This document shows, one piece after another, positions 8,441 to 16,064 of a stretch of DNA of 36,958 nt. The stretch comes from a virus (lineage: Duplodnaviria > Caudoviricetes), in IMG/VR virus record IMGVR_UViG_3300034894_000019, positions 1 to 36,958 of that record. One strand, written 5' to 3'. A model generated the notes under the pieces. That model made no database searches. It saw nothing but the letters and a program-made list of their open reading frames with translations, and was not told the origin of the DNA. A program made the translations under genes and the position numbers. Each line of letters begins with the position of its first letter. The first letter of the stretch is position 1.

Positions 8441-8611
8441 ATGTCAAATGGCAATAAGAAAACAAAGCAAGATGGCAAAGGTCAAACTCAGCAAACAACA
8501 ATCAGGCTTCCAAAGGAGCTTTACAAAAAATTTCGGCTCTATTGCATCCAACATGATTATCAATTGGGAGACCGAATTGTCGAGATGATCCGACGGGAGG
8601 TCGGAGGGTAA
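8441..8611 (+). CDS. Ribbon-helix-helix (ParG/Arc/CopG-like) DNA-binding protein
   Basis: QTTIRLPKELYKKFRLYC...LGDRIVEMIRREV fits the beta-alpha-alpha RHH pattern. SD GGAGGG precedes ATG 8441. Confidence 0.75.
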   Translation: MSNGNKKTKQDGKGQTQQTTIRLPKELYKKFRLYCIQHDYQLGDRIVEMIRREVGG

Positions 8612-8746
8612 CGGCTATGAACCATAATAAGTGCATAAACTTCTCGTTCTCTCAATTTGTTAATAGATTCTGGGAGCGACATTTATCTTTATATATCACA
8701 TACTTCTGTCCTTTGAATAAAAGTGAAATAAAGATAGATATTTTTC

Positions 8747-8780
8747 TTGACAAAAAGATACCATGGTATAAACTATAGTT
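8747..8780 (+). promoter_or_regulatory. Sigma70-type promoter P3 overlapped by two palindromes (candidate operator)
   Basis: TTGACA-16 nt-TAAACT. Palindromes ATACCATGGTAT (8758-8769) and AACTATAGTT (8771-8780). Confidence 0.65.
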
Positions 8781-8821
8781 AACAAGGTTAGAAGAAGCTA
8801 ACCAAAAGCAGGGGAAATAAG

Positions 8822-9001
8822 ATGCAAGAAAAAACGAGAGAAGAGGGTAAGCGGCCGAGTATTAAGAAGGACGAATTGACATCGATCTGCATGTGCTGTA
8901 AAACTCATCTTAGCGGCCCGGTCGTGCCGATACATCCAATCAGTCACGGTCTCTGTGAGTCGTGTCTAGAGAAACACTATCCCGAAGTAAAAGGCAGTTA
9001 A
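8822..9001 (+). CDS. 59-aa zinc-finger protein (CxxC...SHGLCxxC)
   Basis: Manual translation MQEKTRE...ICMCCKTH...ISHGLCESCLEKHYPEVKGS. SD AGGGGA. Missing from the ORF track. Confidence 0.75.
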   Translation: MQEKTREEGKRPSIKKDELTSICMCCKTHLSGPVVPIHPISHGLCESCLEKHYPEVKGS

Positions 9002-9022
9002 CCAAAAAAGAAGGGGAAAGAA

Positions 9023-9439
9023 ATGAAAGCGTTGTTGAGTCTTTGGGTGTTGTCGATGATTTTGATTGCCTGTGGTGAATCAACATATATCACAGATGGT
9101 GCATCGACTTGTAGTACAGAAATAATGTGGTGCGCCGATTTTGACGAAGATGGGTTTGGTGATAGAGACAATTGTTTCAAGAGTTGTCGGGGAGAGATTG
9201 GATATATATCAGATAATATAGATGACTGCGCGCCATATGATGAACACGCATATCCCGGATCATCATTAAGAAGTTTCTATTGGAACCCAATCATGGGTCG
9301 CGTTATTGATGGCTACTCCAAATGGGATTACAATTGCGATGGCAAGATAGAATTCGATCCTATTTTAGATGATCTAGAAATGACGGAAGACTTATGTGGT
9401 AAACCTTATGGTGATAGGATACTCATCGCATGTCGATAA
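9023..9439 (+). CDS. Lipoprotein with myxobacterial-type putative metal-binding motif
   Basis: Lipobox LIAC. WCADFDEDGFGD...DDC...YPG...DYNCDG resembles the Cys/Asp 'putative metal-binding' (MopE-related) repeat. Confidence 0.7.
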   Translation: MKALLSLWVLSMILIACGESTYITDGASTCSTEIMWCADFDEDGFGDRDNCFKSCRGEIGYISDNIDDCAPYDEHAYPGSSLRSFYWNPIMGRVIDGYSKWDYNCDGKIEFDPILDDLEMTEDLCGKPYGDRILIACR

Positions 9440-9744
9440 CTTATCATAATGACTTAATTACCGGGCAGCGCATCAGTCACCATATCTACTGTGGTGAGTG
9501 CGATAGAACCATCTCTGGATCGCCGGGAGATAATTGCCATGACCGCTCTCTGTGTTCATCCTGTGATGACAGATTCAAAGGCACCAAAAGGGGAATGGTT
9601 GAGTTATGCGAGAATGGTCATACCCACAAGCTGGGCAACAGTTCGCACGTGTGGAACGGCCTGAAGGTATGTCAACGCTGCTATGATTTCGCAGTGCGGC
9701 AAGAAAAAGAAAACCAGAACATGCAAGAAAAAAAGGAATGGTGA
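9430..9744 (+). CDS. Cys/His-rich zinc-finger protein
   Basis: CGEC, CSSC, CENGH and CQRC motifs. Confidence 0.65.
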   Translation: MSITYHNDLITGQRISHHIYCGECDRTISGSPGDNCHDRSLCSSCDDRFKGTKRGMVELCENGHTHKLGNSSHVWNGLKVCQRCYDFAVRQEKENQNMQEKKEW

Positions 9745-9747
9745 ATC

Positions 9748-10743
9748 ATGTCAGATGAAAAGGGATTGATGAAGGCAGATCCGAGTATCGTTTCGATGGC
9801 GCTATCACAGCCGGCCATGACCATTGACCAACTCGTCGAACGTCGCACTTATATGTCAAGCCTGATTGCCAAGGCGCTCAGGAAAGGAACGGATTACGGC
9901 AAAATCCCCGGCACACCTGGAAAAGATGTCTTGCTGAAACCAGGCGCCGAAATGGTGCTGGCGGCCTTTGGGTGCCGATGTGATTTTGAGGTTCTAGAGA
10001 AAGAAGTTAATCACGATTATCAAAATATATATACCGACAAATACGGCAAGAAACATGAAGCAATTGGATTATATCGGTACGTCACTCAGGCGAATTTCTA
10101 TCGTGACAACGTTCTCCTTGGTTCGGCCATCGGATCGGCCTCATCTCTTGAGGCAAAGTATCAGAATCGCCCGCGTGACGTTGAAAACACCGTCCTAAAG
10201 ATATCCTGCAAGCGTGCCATGGTCGCTGGTGTCCTCATCATCTTTGGCCTCTCAGATCGTTTCACTCAGGACATCGAGGATCAATATGGCAAGGGTGACG
10301 ATGTGATCGATGGAGAAACAGGAGAAGTCAAGTTGACCACGATGGAAATCTGCCGCGAGAATGCCAAAAAGGCCGGCATTGATGCAACCAAATGGACTGA
10401 GTTGACACGTAGTCTTGATATTACCAATGATAAGCGTACCCAGACGCCGGTACGAATGAAGGCATTGGCCGATCTCATCGAGAAGCATACAGCCGCCAAG
10501 ACATCACCCAAGGAACTCCCCGAGGATGCCCTACGAAAGCTCGAAGGCGGTCTCCTGGGTCTCTTTGGTGCCTGGGATAATGAGGAAGCCTTGATATTTT
10601 GTTCCGAAGTGACTGATCGTTCCGTTGCCGATATCAAGACCCTCACCAAAGAAGAGTACGAGAAGATCGTCAAGGCGATTGATGCGCGGGTGAATGAAGA
10701 ACCGGAGGATATTGATAGACCAACCTACGAAGGCAGTGAATAA
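9748..10743 (+). CDS. Putative single-strand annealing/recombination protein (Rad52/Red-beta superfamily-like)
   Basis: GTDYGKIPG...LLKPGAE and NTVLKISCKRA...FTQDIED motifs, acidic C-terminus, early-region position upstream of a resolvase. Confidence 0.55.
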   Translation: MSDEKGLMKADPSIVSMALSQPAMTIDQLVERRTYMSSLIAKALRKGTDYGKIPGTPGKDVLLKPGAEMVLAAFGCRCDFEVLEKEVNHDYQNIYTDKYGKKHEAIGLYRYVTQANFYRDNVLLGSAIGSASSLEAKYQNRPRDVENTVLKISCKRAMVAGVLIIFGLSDRFTQDIEDQYGKGDDVIDGETGEVKLTTMEICRENAKKAGIDATKWTELTRSLDITNDKRTQTPVRMKALADLIEKHTAAKTSPKELPEDALRKLEGGLLGLFGAWDNEEALIFCSEVTDRSVADIKTLTKEEYEKIVKAIDARVNEEPEDIDRPTYEGSE

Positions 10744-10779
10744 AAAGAGATAACCAATAACCCGAAAGAGAGGGGACAA

Positions 10780-11172
10780 ATGACAGCGTTAACAAATCCG
10801 AATAGCGATACGAACTTGAATGACAATCTAGCTCCAATGCTTCTCAGTGAGGATCAAACAATTCTGGCTGAAGGATTACTCATAAGAGCAATGCTTATGA
10901 GGATACTGAATTATCTTGGTGATAAAAGCGAGACGCCGGAACAATTCGCAATGAACCAGGAGAGCATTAATATAGTGCTCTCTATTCGCCATGCCGAGCC
11001 GTGGGTAAAGTTCCGGGAAGATGATATAACAGATATGATAGAGAACCTTTACCCCATGGTTGCCTATGATCTCTGGTTGAGTCGAAAGGCAGAACTTGTC
11101 CATGAGTGCGAACAAGTGCTGATTAAGTACATCAATGAATCGAATCTTAAAGCGAATATCAAGAGGGATTGA
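10780..11172 (+). CDS. Hypothetical protein
   Basis: SD GAGGGG; tiles the operon. Confidence 0.65.
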   Translation: MTALTNPNSDTNLNDNLAPMLLSEDQTILAEGLLIRAMLMRILNYLGDKSETPEQFAMNQESINIVLSIRHAEPWVKFREDDITDMIENLYPMVAYDLWLSRKAELVHECEQVLIKYINESNLKANIKRD

Positions 11173-11175
11173 ATA

Positions 11176-11367
11176 ATGACTCCCAAACGCTGCCCGTTTT
11201 GTGGGGAGTATCCTGAAGTTGTAACAATGATAGATGGATCAACTTGCAAAATATGGTGTGATAATTCAAAATGTTTTATTGAGCCGCAATTAGAACTAGA
11301 AGGACACGAAGCAAAAGATATTGAAGCAGAAGCAATCCGACGTTGGAACGTGAGGGTTGAGGTATGA
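11176..11367 (+). CDS. Restriction alleviation protein, Lar family
   Basis: PKRCPFCG...C....C...AIRRWNVR signature. Confidence 0.75.
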   Translation: MTPKRCPFCGEYPEVVTMIDGSTCKIWCDNSKCFIEPQLELEGHEAKDIEAEAIRRWNVRVEV

Positions 11368-11642
11368 AAAACGTTCTCATGAAATGTGGTTGCGCGGCGA
11401 ATGGCTACATAAATGATAGTAAAGATCCAGTTTGTTGCATTCATATTGGCATTCATCCGGGAGCAACACAGGTCGCAGAGCAACAACCGGATCTTACTGG
11501 TCGGAAGGCTCATTGTGCTTATGGTAGGAATTGCAGAAACGGAAATAAAGAAGTTGATTCAAGTCTGGATCTTGCCTTTTTTGAATATCATCCAGACGAA
11601 GCATTTGACATTTACTATTGCGGTTGCAGAGGATGGGATTGA
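11364..11642 (+). CDS. Cys-rich hypothetical protein
   Basis: ATGA overlap and SD GAGG. Contains CGC, CCIH and YYCGCRGWD. Confidence 0.7.
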   Translation: MKNVLMKCGCAANGYINDSKDPVCCIHIGIHPGATQVAEQQPDLTGRKAHCAYGRNCRNGNKEVDSSLDLAFFEYHPDEAFDIYYCGCRGWD

Positions 11643-11645
11643 ATC

Positions 11646-11906
11646 ATGCGCTCATTGAATTTTGAAAGAGACAAAGCTACTATAAAATTATGTGGTTTCG
11701 ATCTTCATACAAATAATAATTATTATTGTCTATCGATTACCGTTGAATCAGAAGAACTAGCGTATTATCTCCAAGATGACTGGACAAGTCGGTGTCATAG
11801 AGCACTATTGAAGGCTAGGCGCGATGCTTACGAACAAGGCTACAAGGACGCCAAGGCTAAGAGAAAAAAACAAGATTGGTTTTACAATTCTTTGGAGATC
11901 GAATGA
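11646..11906 (+). CDS. Hypothetical protein
   Basis: Tiles the operon; contains an AYEQGYKDAK segment. Confidence 0.65.
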   Translation: MRSLNFERDKATIKLCGFDLHTNNNYYCLSITVESEELAYYLQDDWTSRCHRALLKARRDAYEQGYKDAKAKRKKQDWFYNSLEIE

Positions 11907-12385
11907 GACTTTTGGGCATAGATTCCGGCGAGCATTTAGGTTGGTGCATCCTTGAACAGCATCCAAGAGAGCTCAGATACAACGTTGCTACCATCAAGGA
12001 TAGAACCTCACTCGCAAGACTTGCATCCAGTTTCATTCATGAGGTAAAGCCTGATTTCATCGTAGTGGAGGGCAAGTTCAGACGCCGGATTGAACGCATG
12101 TCCGGCAAGGCACTCGAGACAATGGAGTTCAGAGCCTACGCGTGGGCTGTGATGTCATCCTACCATGGGATAGATTGTGAGATGGTAGCGCCGAAGACAT
12201 GGCAGTCATACTACAAAATAGGAACTCAAAAGAATCGGGCCGAAGTGGGAGAATTCTATACCAACCTGGCGCGGCGAATCGTCGGTAACGATACGGTGCC
12301 ATCTGACGCAGCGGCAGCAATTCTTATCTGCTTATATGGCGAGGTATTGCTCAAGACCAAAAACCTGAAAGGATCACCATTATGA
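11903..12385 (+). CDS. RuvC-like Holliday junction resolvase
   Basis: Start at ATG 11903 (ATGA overlap, SD GGAG). LLGIDSG, PDFIVVE, APKTW and SDAAAA give the RNase H-fold pattern. Confidence 0.75.
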   Translation: MRLLGIDSGEHLGWCILEQHPRELRYNVATIKDRTSLARLASSFIHEVKPDFIVVEGKFRRRIERMSGKALETMEFRAYAWAVMSSYHGIDCEMVAPKTWQSYYKIGTQKNRAEVGEFYTNLARRIVGNDTVPSDAAAAILICLYGEVLLKTKNLKGSPL

Positions 12386-12678
12386 ATCCAAAAGAGTTAA
12401 TGGATAACCTACCTGAGAATCAACAGAAAACGGTAGAAGAGATTTACAAATTGGAAATGGAAGCGAGAAAAAAACGTTTTCTGGAAGAGTTGAAAGAAGA
12501 AATGACGACTTTCACTCATGACAATCCAACCATGACCAAGGATGAATTTATTTTAGATCTCATAGCAGATTTGAGATCTAAAATAACGATGTTACTTGAT
12601 GGATGCAATGGCATGGCGAGAGAAATTAACAAACTTCAATCTACAAAAGTCGATACGGAAGGCGATAGCGTTCAATGA
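12382..12678 (+). CDS. Hypothetical coiled-coil protein
   Basis: ATGA overlap and SD AAGGA. Confidence 0.65.
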   Translation: MNPKELMDNLPENQQKTVEEIYKLEMEARKKRFLEELKEEMTTFTHDNPTMTKDEFILDLIADLRSKITMLLDGCNGMAREINKLQSTKVDTEGDSVQ

Positions 12679-12845
12679 GCAAAGAACAGATTGAGAAAGA
12701 ATCAGAAGATCTACATGATAGATTTCCATGGTATTATGAAAATTCCAATGGAGATCGCTTTCGATTTATACTAGAGGAAATGGCAAAAATAAAAGCAAGG
12801 TTGAATGAGATTGAAGAGGACTTAGAGCAGGAGGATGAACCATGA
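12675..12845 (+). CDS. 56-aa acidic hypothetical protein
   Basis: Manual translation MSKEQIEKE...EQEDEP. ATGA overlaps at both ends exactly fill the gap. Confidence 0.7.
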   Translation: MSKEQIEKESEDLHDRFPWYYENSNGDRFRFILEEMAKIKARLNEIEEDLEQEDEP

Positions 12846-13138
12846 CTAAATCATTTGAGACAATAACTGACACTGATATTGAAATAACTTTGTTTGTACT
12901 AAAAGCGATTGCAGACAATCCGCGTACAGTAGATGGAATCTATGGAGAATGCACTGATATCATAAAACAACTTGTCGCTGATCTCGCTGAGCGCACTAAA
13001 GAACTGGACAGAGCGCAGATTATGTGCTGTCATATGGCAAAAGAACGTGGAGTTGAGGGAACCTTACATCAAATAGCTCATGAGATGTTTGGTTTTACCC
13101 GAGCCAATGAACTCTTCCCGAAGGAAATTTATGGATGA
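12842..13138 (+). CDS. Hypothetical protein, member of an intragenomic paralog family
   Basis: SD GGAGG. Shares AERTKE/LDRAQ segments with the 15057 and 15476 ORFs. Confidence 0.7.
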   Translation: MTKSFETITDTDIEITLFVLKAIADNPRTVDGIYGECTDIIKQLVADLAERTKELDRAQIMCCHMAKERGVEGTLHQIAHEMFGFTRANELFPKEIYG

Positions 13139-13743
13139 CACCATTATGGCCCGATCTCAGGATTGACTTAGCGCGCATGTTCGCCAGATATTGCAGTCAT
13201 GGGCAGACAGGTGGATCATATGGATATCGCGTTCATCCGATACTTGGGCAGAAACAGTTTCATTCAGGGGTTGACATAGCAAAGACGGCAGAAACACCGA
13301 TTCAGCTACCGTGCCCAGGTAGAGTATGGAAGGCTTGGTATGATCAGAAACCACCTAATGGTCATGGTGGGGGTTGGTCGGTGGTGATGGATCATGACAC
13401 GTCGGCATGGGGTGAAATCATTTCTCTTGATAAACAAATATCATCAACCGGCTATTGCCACATGATTTGTCTCAACGATTGGCAGTCTGTTAAAGTTGGC
13501 AATTATCTTAACGCCGGAACTGTTCTGGGATGGGTCGGTACTTCTGGCTTGTCATCTGGTTATCATTTGCATTTTACCTTGCGAATATTTAGCGAAGGCG
13601 GCAATGTAGTAACAGATGATCCATTCCCGCATCTGCTTTCATGGTGTGGAATGTACGATGAGATGAAAGAGTATGAGAGGATAAAACTTGAATCTCGTGG
13701 GATTGAGATACCAATCCATGGGATAGGAGAAAATCGTGGCTGA
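13135..13743 (+). CDS. M23-family peptidoglycan endopeptidase (endolysin candidate)
   Basis: YGYRVHPI...HSGVD (HxxxD) and VGTSGLSSGYHLHF (HxH) zinc motifs. Confidence 0.9.
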   Translation: MTPLWPDLRIDLARMFARYCSHGQTGGSYGYRVHPILGQKQFHSGVDIAKTAETPIQLPCPGRVWKAWYDQKPPNGHGGGWSVVMDHDTSAWGEIISLDKQISSTGYCHMICLNDWQSVKVGNYLNAGTVLGWVGTSGLSSGYHLHFTLRIFSEGGNVVTDDPFPHLLSWCGMYDEMKEYERIKLESRGIEIPIHGIGENRG

Positions 13744-13975
13744 TCTAATAGAGAGATATAATAATATAAGTGATGAAGTTCCGATAACAGAAGAAGAAGC
13801 AAAAGAAGTATGCGATGATGTAGGAATTGATTCTGACAAGTCACTGAAGAAATTACAGGACAAGATAAGAATGTGTTGTGCCAATTGTGAGCATCTCTCT
13901 CCAGAAAAAGAATGTCTAAAGAAAATGTGCTGTACTGGATGGGAACAAAAGGGGAATAGAAAAAAATCAACTTAG
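13736..13975 (+). CDS. Hypothetical protein with C-terminal Cys cluster
   Basis: GTG start with SD AGGAG; CCANCEH...C...CC. Confidence 0.65.
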   Translation: MADLIERYNNISDEVPITEEEAKEVCDDVGIDSDKSLKKLQDKIRMCCANCEHLSPEKECLKKMCCTGWEQKGNRKKST

Positions 13976-14034
13976 GCCACCCGCCTATTGTCCAGGGCCG
14001 ATCCCCCAATGTGCTTTGGATGATAGGCGGGGGC
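13975..14034 (+). promoter_or_regulatory. Long intergenic hairpin with C-rich loop
   Basis: About 23 bp with G-U pairs and one bulge; loop CGATCCCCAATGT; no U-tract. Confidence 0.55.
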
Positions 14035-14052
14035 CGTTGAAAGGGAGAAATC

Positions 14053-14328
14053 ATGATTAGAAATATATTCCCACATCACATGATGGCGACAAAGGCACTC
14101 CACAAGTTAGGCGATATAAGCAGAGATGAACCTGATCTTTGTTGGGTGAATAAAGAAACCAAATATCATTTCATAGGACATTGGGAGACTGGTTTCGGAA
14201 TGATCAATGTCAAATTCCCAAAGGAAACAACAAGAGAATTGACCAAAGATGAAGTAGGCAAGTACAATAAAATGCACATAGCAATTAATAATACATACAT
14301 GGGCAAAGTGAAAGTTGTAACCCTATAA
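14053..14328 (+). CDS. Hypothetical protein
   Basis: SD AAGGGAG. Confidence 0.7.
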   Translation: MIRNIFPHHMMATKALHKLGDISRDEPDLCWVNKETKYHFIGHWETGFGMINVKFPKETTRELTKDEVGKYNKMHIAINNTYMGKVKVVTL

Positions 14329-14348
14329 CCATTGAAAGGAAGGGACAG

Positions 14349-14840
14349 ATGAAAAAGATTGAAGGAATCACATTGACGTTTTCAAACCTGAATGAAAAAG
14401 ACGCTATACAACTTTTGAATTGCAGAACGGTTCAAACGAAACTACCCGGCCTTGTTAGTCCTACCCCACGGACACGTAAGGAACTGGCAGAACTGGCTCA
14501 TCCCAAGCGAAAGAAGGAATGGAAACCATATCTGGATGGTAAAGACCCACTTATCAGAAAGCGTGGCCAGCCGCCGCAAATGACAAGTCCAGTGGCATAT
14601 CAATTGAGCAAAGAGATGCATAAAAAGGTAAAGGCCGGCCGAGCATGGTTGCCGAGAGAAAGTCCACCAAAAAAACGTGGCCGACCACCAAAAGTAATCA
14701 AGTATGAAGAATGGCCGAGATGCAAAACGAAGGGTTGTTCCCGCCCCTCTCGTTCAAAGGGTCTGTGCCAAAAACACTATCAGCGCGCTCGATACCATGA
14801 GAAGAATCCGAAGGCGAAAACGCGGAAGGTAAAGAAATGA
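14349..14840 (+). CDS. Basic DNA-binding protein with AT-hook and C-terminal C3H zinc finger
   Basis: KKRGRPPK AT-hook (plus degenerate RKRGQPP) and CKTKGCSRPSRSKGLCQKHYQR. Confidence 0.7.
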   Translation: MKKIEGITLTFSNLNEKDAIQLLNCRTVQTKLPGLVSPTPRTRKELAELAHPKRKKEWKPYLDGKDPLIRKRGQPPQMTSPVAYQLSKEMHKKVKAGRAWLPRESPPKKRGRPPKVIKYEEWPRCKTKGCSRPSRSKGLCQKHYQRARYHEKNPKAKTRKVKK

Positions 14841-15022
14841 ATTTGACATTAAGTGAATATGCTGGTCAGGGATGCGATGTGATCATAACTATACGCAGGG
14901 ATGGAAGCTCCTATGTGATGTTTCAATCCAATCCGATATATGGGCATCCGATATTGGAAAAAGAAAAACTAAAGAATCTTTTGGATAAAATCGAGTTGTT
15001 AGAGAAAGAAGATTGGTCATGA
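14837..15022 (+). CDS. Hypothetical protein
   Basis: ATGA overlap with the upstream gene. Confidence 0.6.
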   Translation: MNLTLSEYAGQGCDVIITIRRDGSSYVMFQSNPIYGHPILEKEKLKNLLDKIELLEKEDWS

Positions 15023-15056
15023 TTGAAAATGACCATCAAAGAGGAAGGGGAAAATC

Positions 15057-15479
15057 ATGATCGAAGACAAAAAAGAACCAAAGGAAATGGATTACGAAAC
15101 GATTGTCGCAAAGGCTAGAGCAATGGTTGGAGAAAATGAATACTATCCACGTGATGTTTTGAATTGCGCCGAAGCCATCACCCAACTTCTCAAGGAACGA
15201 GATGAGTTATTAAAATACCAAGTTACGCATCCGTGGTGCGATGCTGATATTGACCATCTGAATGACATAATCGCTGAGCGCACTAAAGAACGAGATCAAC
15301 TAAAAGGTAGTTTGACGGCTATGAAAATATTAAAAGATGAGGCCATTGAGAATATGAATGCTGCGCGGAAAATGTACATCTCCGTGTGCTCAGATCACGA
15401 TTATGAAGAGGAACGCAAGATAGCCATCGAAGATTTCGACCAACCTTGGGCCGACGTTAATTACCCGGAGAAAAAATGA
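15057..15479 (+). CDS. Hypothetical coiled-coil protein, intragenomic paralog family
   Basis: SD AAGGGG; AEAITQLLKERDEL and AERTKERD segments. Confidence 0.7.
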   Translation: MIEDKKEPKEMDYETIVAKARAMVGENEYYPRDVLNCAEAITQLLKERDELLKYQVTHPWCDADIDHLNDIIAERTKERDQLKGSLTAMKILKDEAIENMNAARKMYISVCSDHDYEEERKIAIEDFDQPWADVNYPEKK

Positions 15480-15766
15480 CCACCGAAAAAGAAATTGATT
15501 ATAAGAAACTGATTTGTGAGTTAAGAGAATTTTATTGGCCGAGACATCATGAAGCAGCCGATGTCATCACTCAACTTATCGAAAAACTGGACAGGGCGCA
15601 AAGAGATCACATTGAAGAACGGGTGAAGTGTTTTTCTTATGCCGGTCTATTGACAACCCACTTTGAGCAAGCCTGTTTTAATTATGGTCGGAAGTGGGCA
15701 ACAGAAACTTACCATCCAAGTGACAAACAAAACAAATGGGCCGATGAACATGGCTACACTTTCTGA
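15476..15766 (+). CDS. Hypothetical protein, intragenomic paralog family
   Basis: ATGA overlap; ADVITQLIEKLDRAQ segment. Confidence 0.7.
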   Translation: MTTEKEIDYKKLICELREFYWPRHHEAADVITQLIEKLDRAQRDHIEERVKCFSYAGLLTTHFEQACFNYGRKWATETYHPSDKQNKWADEHGYTF

Positions 15767-16061
15767 AAAACAACCTGCTTGTCGCAAGACTGAGCTTGCC
15801 GAAAAGCGCACATGGCTTGACGAATGGAGCCCGGATAGGGCAAGAAGGAAAAAGACGCCACGGAAGCCAAAACCTGACGATAATGAGGATGTGATTTTTC
15901 CATTTGGAAGCATCAAAGCCACCTCGACCTATTCCTATCTGGTCAATATCAACAAAGATAGGCTGGTATGGTTTCCGAAACGCAACGTCACCATGGATAA
16001 AGTAAACTGCGTGATATGCGCTCCCCGATGGCTCATGCGAGACAAGGGGTTAAAGGTATGA
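15750..16061 (+). CDS. Small phage beta-barrel-type protein (WFPK...PxWL...KGL)
   Basis: C-terminal LVWFPKR...APRWLMRDKGL pattern. Start uncertain (15744 or 15750). Confidence 0.6.
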   Translation: MATLSEKQPACRKTELAEKRTWLDEWSPDRARRKKTPRKPKPDDNEDVIFPFGSIKATSTYSYLVNINKDRLVWFPKRNVTMDKVNCVICAPRWLMRDKGLKV

Positions 16062-16064
16062 GTT

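Noticed and set aside
8617-8778. ~53-aa ORF after the RHH gene
   Set aside because: It has a possible SD but runs through the AT-rich promoter/operator P3 and has no recognisable features. Left uncalled.
15019-15060. 13-aa mini-ORF bridging two genes by ATGA overlaps (similar 12-aa case at 20217-20255)
   Set aside because: Possibly a relic of gene-cassette exchange, but too short to support as a functional gene.
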